Positions 1-9,157 of a DNA stretch of 41,247 bases are shown here, one piece after another. The stretch comes from an uncultured Gammaproteobacteria bacterium. GTDB lineage: Bacteria > Patescibacteriota > Patescibacteriia > UBA11705 > JABHMO01. How positions within the stretch are numbered: position 1 is the stretch's first letter; each line of letters begins with the position of its first letter. The stretch covers positions 1 to 41,247 of the forward strand of contig CAYSUN010000004.1 of the NCBI GenBank assembly GCA_964434235.1, in the 5' to 3' direction. The translations under genes and the position numbers were made by a program. The notes under the pieces were generated by a model. The model was not told the DNA's origin, did no database searches, and was given only the letters and a program-made list of their open reading frames with translations.

Positions 1-59
1 AAAAATATCTAAATTTAGCCCCTAAATGTGTTACCCTTGAAGGTTAACTGTACAAGCCC

Positions 60-90
60 TTGACAAAATGTAACATTTTGTATATAATAA
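60..90 (+). promoter_or_regulatory. Sigma70-like promoter (TTGACA -35, 17-nt spacer, TATATA/TATAAT -10) upstream of the 107..541 ORF
   Basis: ttgacaaaatgtaacattttgtatataat read directly from the sequence. Confidence 0.4.
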
Positions 91-106
91 ACAGTTCTTT
101 TACAAA

Positions 107-541
107 ATGGAGAAAATTATGCCAAGAAAATACTTTACCTCCGCAGAATTTGATAAACTACCTTTTTTTCTAAATGCACCGTGGAAAGCTCAGAGTATTT
201 CAGACTTTTGGCGACGCTGGAACATTGGTTTGCATTATGCTTTCAAAAATATACTTATTTTTGTGAGCAATCATACAAAAAGTAAACTATTGAAATTACT
301 ATCAATTTTTACTATTTTCGTTTTTAATGGCTTGCTACATGATTTATTTATTACTCTACTTATCTTTTTTATTGAAAAGACTGAACCATTCTTTTTTTTT
401 AGATTTACAATCTTTTTTGCAATAAATGGTTTCATTGTTGTAATGGAGAAAATATTAAGATTGGATAACCCAAACGGTCGCTCAAAAACAAAAAGCACTT
501 TGGTTATATTTCTTATTTTAATGCTTTTTGTTCTTATTTAA
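107..541 (+). CDS. Short membrane protein resembling the C-terminal region of MBOAT (DltB/AlgI-type) O-acyltransferases; catalytic His replaced by Asn (FWRRWN instead of FWRRWH)
   Basis: Motifs FWRRWNIGL and GLLHD match the MBOAT C-terminal signature (FWRRWHISL … GLWHG). Only 144 aa, hydrophobic. Confidence 0.45.
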   Translation: MEKIMPRKYFTSAEFDKLPFFLNAPWKAQSISDFWRRWNIGLHYAFKNILIFVSNHTKSKLLKLLSIFTIFVFNGLLHDLFITLLIFFIEKTEPFFFFRFTIFFAINGFIVVMEKILRLDNPNGRSKTKSTLVIFLILMLFVLI

Positions 542-586
542 TTTTTTCAACACATTAAACGAAAAACACACATGAAGGAGATCGCC

Positions 587-835
587 ATGCTTTGTATCCG
601 TTATTGCTATGCCAATCAATCTATGCACGAAGTAATCATTGAACACAGAAAGGCCGTTTATGAACTTATCGGAATCCTAGAAAAATCAGATCTTGTTTCC
701 AGAATTCATGTTTTTCATTGTTCAACTGGATCAGAACTTGATTTTAATAATGGTCTTGAAGTAATTCCTTTCGAGGTAAGACAAGCCAATGACGAAGCTA
801 CTCTGAAATTGAGTGGCTCTAAAGTTGTTGGTTAA
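587..835 (+). CDS. Hypothetical protein (82 aa from the ATG at 587; the ORF in the track extends to 572)
   Basis: AAGGAG lies 6 nt upstream of the ATG at 587. No recognisable domain. Confidence 0.4.
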   Translation: MLCIRYCYANQSMHEVIIEHRKAVYELIGILEKSDLVSRIHVFHCSTGSELDFNNGLEVIPFEVRQANDEATLKLSGSKVVG

Positions 836-883
836 ATACAAAAGAAAAACTTTTCCTAAACTTGACACTACAGGAGATTAACA

Positions 884-943
884 TGCGTTCTCGTGCACGT
901 AAACAAAGGGTTATCGAATGCTGGTGCCCGTGCGGGTGTGGGT
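884..943 (+). CDS. Possible 19-aa Cys-rich leader or small peptide (MRSRARKQRVIECWCPCGCG)
   Basis: Strong RBS AGGAG 6 nt before the ATG. Its stop sits inside a hairpin ggtgag/ctcacc (938..955) just before the next ORF. Confidence 0.25.
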
Positions 944-963
944 GAGCAACTCCTCACCAGGTC

Positions 964-1446
964 GTGAACCTGGTAACAGGACTTTGCCCAGATTGTGAAG
1001 AAGGTAATCATGAAGTTCCACCTGATATTGAAACAATGTTTCCGAATTTAGAAGATTTATTGGCTTCACACAAAAGTCGTGTAGCTCGCCTTGAAAAAAT
1101 GCGACAAACTGGTAATTACAATCCTGAAAATTGGGAACATGATTTAGCAAAATACATTGAATTGCATCACGGTATCATCAAACAATTTGAACAAGTTTTG
1201 CGCGATCGAACAACTTTTGAACACGGAAAAATAATCTGGTTACGTGAAACTGAAAAGCATTGGATTATTTTGGATGTGTCTGGTAATTCAGAACTTACTT
1301 GTTTCAGGGGAATTCAAAATATTGCAAAACCTCTTGAGCCAAGTAATTACACAAAAAATATGCCTCTTGATATTACTAAAAATTGGATGATTTGCCATGA
1401 ATCAACTTTCTATTCTTCTGATGATATAGAATCCATGTTGAAATAA
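964..1446 (+). CDS. Hypothetical protein (GTG start at 964 as in the ORF track; the true start is uncertain and 1030 is an alternative)
   Basis: Long ORF followed by a rho-independent terminator. No recognisable domain. Confidence 0.5.
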   Translation: MNLVTGLCPDCEEGNHEVPPDIETMFPNLEDLLASHKSRVARLEKMRQTGNYNPENWEHDLAKYIELHHGIIKQFEQVLRDRTTFEHGKIIWLRETEKHWIILDVSGNSELTCFRGIQNIAKPLEPSNYTKNMPLDITKNWMICHESTFYSSDDIESMLK

Positions 1447-1519
1447 CCTGAATAGCAATCTACTTGGGCCAAAATCAATAAGCAAAAGTTCAATCTCAAA
1501 CTTGCTTAAGCAACACATA

Positions 1520-1550
1520 CGCTCCGACAATATCCGGAGCATTTTTTTAT
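1520..1550 (+). terminator. Rho-independent terminator (gctccg-acaatat-cggagc followed by a T-run)
   Basis: Hairpin followed by ttttttt immediately downstream of the 964..1446 ORF. Confidence 0.6.
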
Positions 1551-1598
1551 TTTAAAACAAAAAAACGTTTTCCAACGTTTCTTTATCACAAATAATTT

Positions 1599-1686
1599 TG
1601 GTGCCGCGGGCCGGAATTGAACCGGCACGGTTTATACAACCACTGGATTTTAAGTCCAGCGCGTCTACCATTTCCGCCACCGCGGC
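1599..1686 (-). tRNA. tRNA-Leu (anticodon TAA), class II with a long variable arm, CCA encoded
   Basis: The reverse complement gives a GGTTCAATTCCGG T-loop, a 3' CCA, and an anticodon loop CTTAAAA. Confidence 0.85.
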
Positions 1687-1710
1687 AAGCACCTATATTT
1701 TTATTATACG

Positions 1711-1754
1711 CTCCAGATGTAGAGACGCAAAATCTTGCGTCTCTACATCTGGAG
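1711..1754. repeat. Perfect 18-bp inverted repeat with an 8-nt loop (ctccagatgtagagacgc-aaaatctt-gcgtctctacatctggag) between the two tRNA genes
   Basis: Read directly. No flanking T-run on either strand, so it is not a classical terminator. Confidence 0.7.
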
Positions 1755-1830
1755 CGGGAGACCCCGCACTAGTTATGCTCCGCAAACAATGCGGGGCAGG
1801 CGAGACAATCAACTCTACTGAAATGACTCG
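1750..1830 (-). pseudogene. Decayed partial copy of the tRNA-Gly 3' half, interrupted by a 38-nt hairpin insert
   Basis: tggagcgggagac (1750..1762) is identical to the first 13 nt of tRNA-Gly at 1861. It is followed by the hairpin ccccgca…tgcgggg and then cgagacaatcaactc, which resembles the tRNA-Gly T-arm cgagactcgaactc. Confidence 0.45.
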
Positions 1831-1860
1831 TCTCTTTATTATTACTTAATAATCACTATT

Positions 1861-1936
1861 TGGAGCGGGAGACGAGACTCGAACTCGCGACCTCAACCTT
1901 GGCAAGGTTGCGCTCTACCAACTAAGCTACTCCCGC
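1861..1936 (-). tRNA. tRNA-Gly (anticodon GCC), CCA encoded
   Basis: The reverse complement GCGGGAGTAGCTTAGTTGGTAGAGCGCAACCTTGCCAAGGTTGAGGTCGCGAGTTCGAGTCTCGTCTCCCGCTCCA folds as a canonical cloverleaf. Confidence 0.9.
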
Positions 1937-2071
1937 AAAAGTTACCTATAAATTGTAAAAATATTATAACAAAATTTATTATAATGTCAATAACAAAATT
2001 TATCAAGGATAATAATGTTTTTAATGTATAATTACTAATTTTATATATAAAGTCTATAATTTAAAAAGCAA

Positions 2072-2106
2072 AAGACGCTTTGAAAAATCAAGGCGTCTTT
2101 TTTATT
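2072..2106 (-). terminator. Hairpin aagacgc…gcgtctt with flanking T-runs on both strands; terminator for dnaN
   Basis: Read directly, located 15 nt past the dnaN stop. Confidence 0.5.
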
Positions 2107-2120
2107 TGAATTTTTTTTAT

Positions 2121-3248
2121 TTACTGCTTAATTGGCATAATTATATACAAATAATCATCTTTATCTTTGGCTCTAATTAAACATGGCAAATTATTATCAA
2201 CTAAACTGATTTCCACCTCACTTGAATCTAGATTATTCAAACCATCAAGTAAGTATCGATAATTCAAGGTTGTATCATTTGTTTCTCCTGTAAATTCTAC
2301 ATCTAAATCACTTTTACTTTCTCCAACTTGATTATTTGTTGCTCTAATCGTTAAACCAGTCTGAGCTTCAAAAAGCATATTTACATCAAAGATTCCCGAC
2401 TTGGAGAAAAGGGCAACTTTTTTTATGGCTTTTGTTAGTTCTGAAGTTGAAGTAATAATTTTAGTTTTAGTTTCAGTTGGAATAATTTGTTTATAATCTG
2501 GATATTGACCTTCCAATAACCGAGAAATAAGTTCAATGCCATCACAAGTAAATAGAATCTGATTTTCTGTAATATAAATTTCTAAATTTTCAGGGGCAGT
2601 ACTGCCGTCTTTAAGATTACCTAAAATTCGAAGTAACTCTTGCAGAGTTTTCAAAGGTACTATGGTTTCTTTTTCATTATCATTTTTTTCGATCTTTACA
2701 CATTTTTCTGCTAATCGATAACTATCAGTTCCAACTAAATAAACATTACCTTTTTTAATCTTATTAAAGCTCATCATAATGCCACTAATTTCTGGCCTTG
2801 TTTCAGAATTAGCTACAGCGAAATTAACCTGAGAAATAGCTTTTTTAAAATCATTAATATTAACTAAGTATGGATCATTTTTTTCCATTTGAGGAATTAC
2901 CGGAAAATCATCAGCAACAATTCCTTTTATTTTAGTTTCAGAAGAAAGGCTAGATACATGCAAAAATTCACTTTCTAATAATTCTAAATTTACTTGGTCT
3001 TTTGATAAAAGGTTTACATACTCAGATAAAAGTCTAGCGTCAACAGTAAAAGAACCTTCTTTTTCAACCTTACATCTTACAGTACTACTAATTCCAATTT
3101 CTAGATTAGTACTTGATAATTTCAAAGTTCCATCTTTGGCCTCAAGTAAAACATTATTCAAGATTGGTAGGTTGATATTTTTATTTACCAAGTGTCCAGT
3201 TGTTTGTAGTCCAAAGTTTAAGTTTTCTTGAAGACAAGTTATTTTCAT
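2121..3248 (-). CDS. dnaN: DNA polymerase III beta subunit (sliding clamp)
   Basis: 375 aa with the typical DnaN N-terminus (MKITCLQENL…LLEA…L.L.STNLEIGIS) and three-domain length. It lies directly downstream of dnaA. Confidence 0.93.
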   Translation of the reverse strand: MKITCLQENLNFGLQTTGHLVNKNINLPILNNVLLEAKDGTLKLSSTNLEIGISSTVRCKVEKEGSFTVDARLLSEYVNLLSKDQVNLELLESEFLHVSSLSSETKIKGIVADDFPVIPQMEKNDPYLVNINDFKKAISQVNFAVANSETRPEISGIMMSFNKIKKGNVYLVGTDSYRLAEKCVKIEKNDNEKETIVPLKTLQELLRILGNLKDGSTAPENLEIYITENQILFTCDGIELISRLLEGQYPDYKQIIPTETKTKIITSTSELTKAIKKVALFSKSGIFDVNMLFEAQTGLTIRATNNQVGESKSDLDVEFTGETNDTTLNYRYLLDGLNNLDSSEVEISLVDNNLPCLIRAKDKDDYLYIIMPIKQ

Positions 3249-3642
3249 ATTTATTTATAAATTAATTAATTTATTTTTAATCAAGATTTATTTTATATAG
3301 GGTTCCTTTTATTATTTTAAAAATATATATATATATAATTAATAATAATAATAAGGCTGTGGATTGGGGTGGATAAACCTTTTCTTATTGTAAATTGACT
3401 TTTTAAAATTTGTATAACTCTGTTGAGAACTATGTTTACGGAAATGTGTATAAGTGCCTGTTTTGAGCTGGATCTAGTTAGTTTGATAATATCAACAGTT
3501 TTCAGTTTTATTTATCAACACTTTTTTGTACATTTTTACCTATAGATTTGCACAAGTTATAAACCGAAAATTTGGGATAAACTGTTGATAAGGCAAAAAA
3601 GTGATTTTAAAAGGCTTTTACTATTTAATAATTAAACTAAAA
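3249..3642. other. Candidate oriC in the dnaA–dnaN intergenic region: AT-rich unwinding tract plus DnaA-box-like 9-mers
   Basis: (AT)n/(TAA)n tract at 3318..3354. Boxes at 8/9 match to TGTGGATAA or TTATCCACA sit at 3358 (tgtggattg), 3368 (ggtggataa), 3513 (ttatcaaca) and 3584 (tgttgataa). Confidence 0.55.
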
Positions 3643-5025
3643 TTAACTAGCGTAAACCTTTTGTTTTATCAAATTAATTTCTTGTCTTAATTTTTCATCA
3701 TCGCCAACTAATCTAGATATTTTTTCATGAGCATGCATAGCGGTAGTATGATCTCTTCCACCAAGTTCATGCCCAATCATTGGATAAGAGCAACGTAGTT
3801 CTTCTCTTAGTAAATACATAATAATCTGTCTTGGAAAAGCTAATCTTTTTTCTCTACTTTTTCCAAGAACATCATCAAGTCCAATTTCGTAGAAGCCACT
3901 AACCATTTCAATTAGTTGTTTAGCTGAAACAGTGCCTGATTTTTTACTAGATTCAGAAATGGAAAACAAAATTTTCTTTACATTTTCTAATGTTGGCTCA
4001 ATTTTATTTAGTTGATGATAAGCTATAATTTTATTCAAAGCACCTTCCAGTTCTCGAATGTTATTTTGTATGTTTAGAGTAATATAGTGAATAATTTCTC
4101 TTTCAAGTAAAAATTCTTTTTCTCTACATTTAGATTCTAAAATAGCAATTCTAGTTTCAAGATCTGGTTGAGAAATATCTGCAATCATGCCCCATTCAAA
4201 ACGAGAAAGAAGTCTGTCTTCAAGCGTAGCAATAGCTTTGGGTGGTCTATCTGAAGATAAAATAATTTGTTTATCTCGTTGGTGGAGATCATTAAAAGTA
4301 TGGAAAAAGGCTTCTTGAGTACCTTCTTTGCCAGTTAAAAATTGGATATCGTCAATTAATAAAACATCAGTTGAACGATAAATATTGTTAAATTTTTCTG
4401 CTTTTCCAGAGGAAATGGCATTGATAAAATCATTGGTAAATTGTTCACAAGTAACGTAAAGAATTTTTTTATTACTATTTTTCTGTAAAATTGCATTTCC
4501 GACAGCTTGAAGTAAATGAGTTTTGCCCAAACCAACACCACCATAAATAAATAAAGGATTGTAGGTTAATCCAGGTTTTTCAGAAACAGCAAGTGCTGCG
4601 GCGTGGGCTAATTCATTGGCCTTACCCACAATATAATTTTCAAAAATATATTTAGGATTAAGTCCTTGCGGTTGAACTGTTTTTTCTGTGTGAGTTGGTT
4701 CATTAACTGGGTTTTTGCGTTCTTCTGTTATCGCTTTTTTGATTTGGTCTATTTCTTGTTGGTAAGTTTTTAAGCTTTGAACTTTATAAATGATTTCTTT
4801 TATTCTTTCGCTGGTGTTGGCTTGAAGTATAGTATAAATTTTTTGATGATATTTTTGCTTTAGCCAGGCTTGTGAAAAGGTGTTAGGAACAGCAACCTCA
4901 ATTCGACCTTCTTCATTTTTAATGATAAAAGTATGTTTCAACCAAGTTGTAAAACTGGCCTTACTGAGTGTTAATTCAAGCTCGCCTAGTACGGTTTGCC
5001 AAAGTTGTTCGTTTTGCTCACCCAT
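3643..5025 (-). CDS. dnaA: Chromosomal replication initiator DnaA
   Basis: AAA+ Walker A GVGLGKTHLLQA, a sensor region, and a C-terminal domain IV (RQIIMYLLREEL…SYPMIGHELGGRDHTTAMHA). Confidence 0.97.
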   Translation of the reverse strand: MGEQNEQLWQTVLGELELTLSKASFTTWLKHTFIIKNEEGRIEVAVPNTFSQAWLKQKYHQKIYTILQANTSERIKEIIYKVQSLKTYQQEIDQIKKAITEERKNPVNEPTHTEKTVQPQGLNPKYIFENYIVGKANELAHAAALAVSEKPGLTYNPLFIYGGVGLGKTHLLQAVGNAILQKNSNKKILYVTCEQFTNDFINAISSGKAEKFNNIYRSTDVLLIDDIQFLTGKEGTQEAFFHTFNDLHQRDKQIILSSDRPPKAIATLEDRLLSRFEWGMIADISQPDLETRIAILESKCREKEFLLEREIIHYITLNIQNNIRELEGALNKIIAYHQLNKIEPTLENVKKILFSISESSKKSGTVSAKQLIEMVSGFYEIGLDDVLGKSREKRLAFPRQIIMYLLREELRCSYPMIGHELGGRDHTTAMHAHEKISRLVGDDEKLRQEINLIKQKVYAS

Positions 5026-5039
5026 AGGTTTTGTTTTTA

Positions 5040-5400
5040 TTTAGACTTTATTTAGATAAAACTAATATTCTTGATGGTGATTTTATTTTAACATTGAACG
5101 AAGCTGTGGACAAGTCTTAAGAAAGTTATTAACCTGTTAACAAGCTGTTGATAAATAAGAATCTTATTCTAAAAAAAGTTTATATCACTAAATATTAAAT
5201 TGCAAGTTATTTAGTTTTTTATAAATATATATTAAGAAAGTTTAAATTTTATTTATAAAGAAAGAGATTTATTATATTTTAAATTTTTGAAAAAGTTACC
5301 TAAAATTGAAAAAAATAGATAATTATTTTATTTAATTTATCTATTGACAGAAACAAATTTATAGTTTATAATCTCAGCAGTCGAATAAATAATAGAAAAG
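5040..5400. promoter_or_regulatory. dnaA upstream region with DnaA-box-like sites (tgtggacaa at 5105, tgttgataa at 5146) and a very AT-rich tract (5200..5340). It is either a dnaA autoregulatory region or a second oriC module.
   Basis: Read directly. Confidence 0.4.
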
Positions 5401-5449
5401 TCTGAAAGTTAGATTGAATTAGGGTAAACACCATTTATTTTTAACTTTT

Positions 5450-5493
5450 ACCCCAAACTATAACGTTATAAAACGTTAAGTTCAGGGCAAGCC
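5450..5493 (-). repeat. Copy R1 of a ~44-nt structured repeat family (accccaaactataacgttataaaacgttaagttcagggcaagcc; the reverse orientation of the copies at 26459 and 29999)
   Basis: Near-identical to 29999..30041 after reverse complementation. It contains the palindrome tataacgttata. Confidence 0.7.
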
Positions 5494-5510
5494 TTTTTAC
5501 TTAATAGAAT

Positions 5511-5657
5511 ATGCCAAAAAGAACATATCAACCAAATACTAGAAAAAAACTTAAAAAACACGGTTTTCGAGCAAGAATGGAAACAAAAGATGGTCGAGCA
5601 GTTTTGAAAAGAAGAAGAGACAAAGGTCGTGTTAGCTTAAGTTCTTCAGATAGATAA
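5511..5657 (+). CDS. rpmH: 50S ribosomal protein L34
   Basis: 48 aa, [44 protein letters not shown], matches the L34 consensus. It is too short to appear in the ORF track. Confidence 0.9.
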   Translation: MPKRTYQPNTRKKLKKHGFRARMETKDGRAVLKRRRDKGRVSLSSSDR

Positions 5658-5679
5658 AGATTTACTATCATTTATATAA

Positions 5680-5715
5680 AAAAGAAGTTATAATTATGTT
5701 GTAACTTCTTTTTTT
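5680..5715 (+). terminator. Rho-independent terminator after rpmH (aagaagtta…taacttctt followed by ttttttt)
   Basis: Read directly. Confidence 0.55.
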
Positions 5716-6402
5716 ATGTTTCAAAAACTGACTATTATAATTCCTTGTTATAATGAGGAAAAGACAATTGAGAAGGTTGTAAGTGAAATAGAAAATGTAA
5801 ATTTACCTTTAAACTTGAATAAGGAAGTTATTATTGTTGATGACGGCTCTGGACCAAGAACAAGGGAAATATTAAAAAATTTAGAACATAAACATAAAAT
5901 TATTTATTTACCAAGGAATTTTGGCAAAGGCTATGCAGTTCGCCAAGGCATAAAAGAGGCAACTGGCGATTTGATTTTGATTCAAGATGCTGACTTAGAA
6001 TATGATGTTAATGATTATCCAAAATTATTAGAACCAATGATAAATAATGGATCAGAAATTGTTTATGGGTCTAGATTTTTGCAATTTAACGAAAGATCCA
6101 AGTATTATTGGGGAGTGAAAGGTTTAACAATTTTATTAAATTTACTTTTTAGAGCCAAATTAACAGATAGTGCAACTTGCTACAAACTATTCAGAAGTGA
6201 ACATTTAAAGAATTTAGATTTACAGTGCCAAAGGTTTGAATTTTGTCCAGAAGTTACAACCAAATTACTTAAAAAAGGTTTAAAAATAGTAGAAGTTCCA
6301 ATTAACTATTATCCAAGATCAGTTGTTCAAGGAAAAAAAATTAAAATTAAGGATGGGCTGGAAGCAATGTGGACAATTATAAAATATAGATTTATTAATT
6401 AG
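5716..6402 (+). CDS. GT2-family glycosyltransferase, polyprenol-phosphate sugar synthase (DPM1/GtrB-like)
   Basis: IIIPCYNEE…IIVDDGSGP…DADL.Y is the classic GT-A DXD architecture. Confidence 0.85.
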   Translation: MFQKLTIIIPCYNEEKTIEKVVSEIENVNLPLNLNKEVIIVDDGSGPRTREILKNLEHKHKIIYLPRNFGKGYAVRQGIKEATGDLILIQDADLEYDVNDYPKLLEPMINNGSEIVYGSRFLQFNERSKYYWGVKGLTILLNLLFRAKLTDSATCYKLFRSEHLKNLDLQCQRFEFCPEVTTKLLKKGLKIVEVPINYYPRSVVQGKKIKIKDGLEAMWTIIKYRFIN

Positions 6403-6411
6403 TTTAAAACA

Positions 6412-7989
6412 ATGAAAAATTCTTTCAAATATTTAGGAGTTTTTTTATTTTTCTTGGCAATTTTTTTAGTGCCACGATTTTTTATTGAAGGTTTTGTGGG
6501 CGTAGACCCTTATTATCACGCTGAACATAGTCGATTAATGCTAGAAAACAATAATTTAACTTATGTAGCTGATTGGGTGGATTTCCATTTTTTAAGTTAT
6601 GCCCCAGTTGATTTATGGTGGGGGTATCATTTAATTCAGGTTTTGTTTTTATTTTTATTTGAGTCTATTTTTGGTTTAAAAATTTTAGCGTCTATAGCTT
6701 CGGCGTTAATTTTTGTACTTGTTTATTTTATTTTAAACAAATTTAAGATAAAAAAACCATTTTTATGGAGTGCCTTTGCTTTGTTTGCCAGCGCAACTAA
6801 TTTCTCGAGGATTTTTTTTGAACGGCCGTTTGTTTTGTCTATTGTTATGACTCTTTTTATTTTTTATTTTTTATATAAACGCAAGAATTTAGCTTTGTTT
6901 TTATGTTTGATTATTTATACTTTGATTTATGAATTAGCGATTATTGCCTTTTTTTGGGTTTTTGTTTTTATGTTGGTGGATTACTTTTACGAAAGAAAAA
7001 TATATTTAAGATCATTGATCGCAACACTTGGTGGTTTTGTGGCGGGCATCTTGGTCCATCCAAATATGCAGGAATATATAAATGGAATATATTTAGTTCT
7101 AATAAAAATTTGGATAATCGCTTGGCAGGTTAGTCCAGAGCTTAATCAGGGAGTTGAGATTAGGGTTCACGGTTTGGAATCATTTTTATTAAGCAACTTT
7201 TTATTTTTATTGTTTTATATTTTAGCTTTAAGTGGTTTTGGGTTCTTGTTGTCTTTGCGAAAAGCTAGTAAAAAAACAGTTATTTTGTTTATTATAAGTT
7301 TTGTTTGGTGTGTGGTGGCCTTTTTTATCCCAAGGGGAACTGAGTATTGGGTACCTTTTGGCATTTTGTTTATTGCTGTGGTTTGGCAAACCTTTATGAA
7401 AACAAAAGAGTCTAGAATTATTGCTAAAAAAATTCACAACATAGAACTTTTCCCATTTAAATACTTGTTAATTTTTTTAATAATTTTTGTTTTACTGGCG
7501 AATGCTTTTGTGGTCATGAAAACCCTTCGAAATATAAGTTATAATAATATTAATGAAGATAGTAATAGTCAGGCAGTTGATAATTGGCTAATTGAAAATA
7601 CTGAGCAAGGTTCAAGGATTTTCACTTCTAATTGGTCACTTTTTCCAAGATTGTTTTATGGCAATCAGCACAATAAATTTATTACTGCTTATGACCCAGC
7701 TCTTTTTTATGAATTTGATCCAACTTTATTTTATACGTGGGCAAATATTGCTAATCACCAAATGTTTTTAACGGAAAAATTTACTAAAGTAAAAAAGATC
7801 GCCGATCTATCTAGTGAAGAAAATGTTAAAAACATAAAAAATGCACTTTTGGCAAGATTACAAACCCCGACCATTGTCATTCATAAAGCGCAACCAGAAT
7901 TAAAAAAGTTTTTTGAAGAAAACATGACAGAATATTTTAAATTAAGTTTTGAAAATGAGCTATATACAGTTTTTACCTATGCAAGATAA
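6412..7989 (+). CDS. Polytopic membrane protein, putative GT-C-type (ArnT/PMT-like) polyprenol-phosphate-dependent glycosyltransferase
   Basis: About 12 predicted TM helices, a first loop containing VDPYYHAE, and a C-terminal soluble domain. Its position next to a DPM1-like GT2 supports the call. Confidence 0.4.
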   Translation: MKNSFKYLGVFLFFLAIFLVPRFFIEGFVGVDPYYHAEHSRLMLENNNLTYVADWVDFHFLSYAPVDLWWGYHLIQVLFLFLFESIFGLKILASIASALIFVLVYFILNKFKIKKPFLWSAFALFASATNFSRIFFERPFVLSIVMTLFIFYFLYKRKNLALFLCLIIYTLIYELAIIAFFWVFVFMLVDYFYERKIYLRSLIATLGGFVAGILVHPNMQEYINGIYLVLIKIWIIAWQVSPELNQGVEIRVHGLESFLLSNFLFLLFYILALSGFGFLLSLRKASKKTVILFIISFVWCVVAFFIPRGTEYWVPFGILFIAVVWQTFMKTKESRIIAKKIHNIELFPFKYLLIFLIIFVLLANAFVVMKTLRNISYNNINEDSNSQAVDNWLIENTEQGSRIFTSNWSLFPRLFYGNQHNKFITAYDPALFYEFDPTLFYTWANIANHQMFLTEKFTKVKKIADLSSEENVKNIKNALLARLQTPTIVIHKAQPELKKFFEENMTEYFKLSFENELYTVFTYAR

Positions 7990-8701
7990 TCAACAAAATT
8001 TAGAAATTGTAGCTGATAATGAGAAGTTTAATGATTGGATGTATTCAGAAATAAAGCCTTTTATTAAGGGGGATATTTTGGAGGTTGGAAGTGGTCTGGG
8101 TACCTTTTCTCGAAGGATTATCCAAGATTTTTTAGATAAAGCAGAAAAAATCATGCTCAGTGATATTGATCCTCGTTATCTAAAAAATCTTGAAAGTACT
8201 TTTCAAAACCAAAAAGTCAAAGTCCGGAAAATAGATCTTGCTAAAGCAGAAGATTTTACTCAGTTAATTGAAACTGGTCAAAAATTCGAAACTATAATTT
8301 GTTTAAATGTACTGGAACACGTTAAAGATGACGTTTTAGCTTTGGATAATTTGCATAAAGTTTTAAGGCCCAATGGCCAAATTATTTTATTGGTTCCAGC
8401 CCACAAATTTTTGTTCAATTCTTTGGACGAAGCCGTTTTGCATTTTCGACGTTACACCAAAGAAGAATTATTTTCTAAAGTTGGTCAAACAAAATTACAA
8501 ATAAGTAATATTTTTCATTTTAATATAATCGCTATTTTGGGTTGGTTTATTAACGGCACTATTTTTAAGAAAAGAGTTCTTTCGGTTCCCGCTTTTTCTT
8601 TTTTCAATAAGTTAGTACCTTTTTTCCGTTTTGTTGAAAGAAAGATTTTATTCAGATTTACTGGGCTGTCGATAATTGCTATTTTGAAAAATAGAGCGTA
8701 A
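7949..8701 (+). CDS. Class I SAM-dependent methyltransferase
   Basis: ILEVGSGLGTFS (motif I) and LNVLEHVKDD. The start may be the ATG at 7979. Confidence 0.75.
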   Translation: MKMSYIQFLPMQDNQQNLEIVADNEKFNDWMYSEIKPFIKGDILEVGSGLGTFSRRIIQDFLDKAEKIMLSDIDPRYLKNLESTFQNQKVKVRKIDLAKAEDFTQLIETGQKFETIICLNVLEHVKDDVLALDNLHKVLRPNGQIILLVPAHKFLFNSLDEAVLHFRRYTKEELFSKVGQTKLQISNIFHFNIIAILGWFINGTIFKKRVLSVPAFSFFNKLVPFFRFVERKILFRFTGLSIIAILKNRA

Positions 8702-8800
8702 TCTTCTATACTATAGTTGTAATCATTTTATTTAGATTTATCTTAGCTTGAAGTTGCTCGATAAACTTATTTTTACTCTACTTCCTAATTTAAGACACTT

Positions 8801-9157
8801 ATGTTGCCAAAAGAAAATAGAATAACCAAAAAGAAAGAGTTTGATTCTTTTTTTAGTACAGAATTTAAAAAAAGGAATGGTTTGAATCAATCTGGTCAGT
8901 TTATGATTTTAAAAACGTATAAAAATAATTTTGGACGAGCTCGTTTTGGTTTTATTGTAAATAATAAAATTGATAAAAATGCAGTTGTGCGAAATAAAAT
9001 TAAAAGACAACTTCGCAAGGCGATTCAAGATATTTTTTCAAACTTAAAACAGTTCAATGATTGTCTTATTATTGTTAAACCACAAATTAAAAATAAAGAT
9101 TTTGTTGATATTAAAAAAGAAGTCGAAATATTATTTAAAAGAACACATTTATTATGA
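8801..9157 (+). CDS. rnpA: Ribonuclease P protein component
   Basis: 118 aa, basic, with LPKENRITKKKEF…RARFGFIV…NAVVRNKIKRQLR. Confidence 0.85.
   Translation: MLPKENRITKKKEFDSFFSTEFKKRNGLNQSGQFMILKTYKNNFGRARFGFIVNNKIDKNAVVRNKIKRQLRKAIQDIFSNLKQFNDCLIIVKPQIKNKDFVDIKKEVEILFKRTHLL

Noticed and set aside
1598-1849. 83-aa + strand ORF from the six-frame track
   Set aside because: It lies antisense across tRNA-Leu, the palindrome and the tRNA-Gly remnant, so it is not protein-coding.
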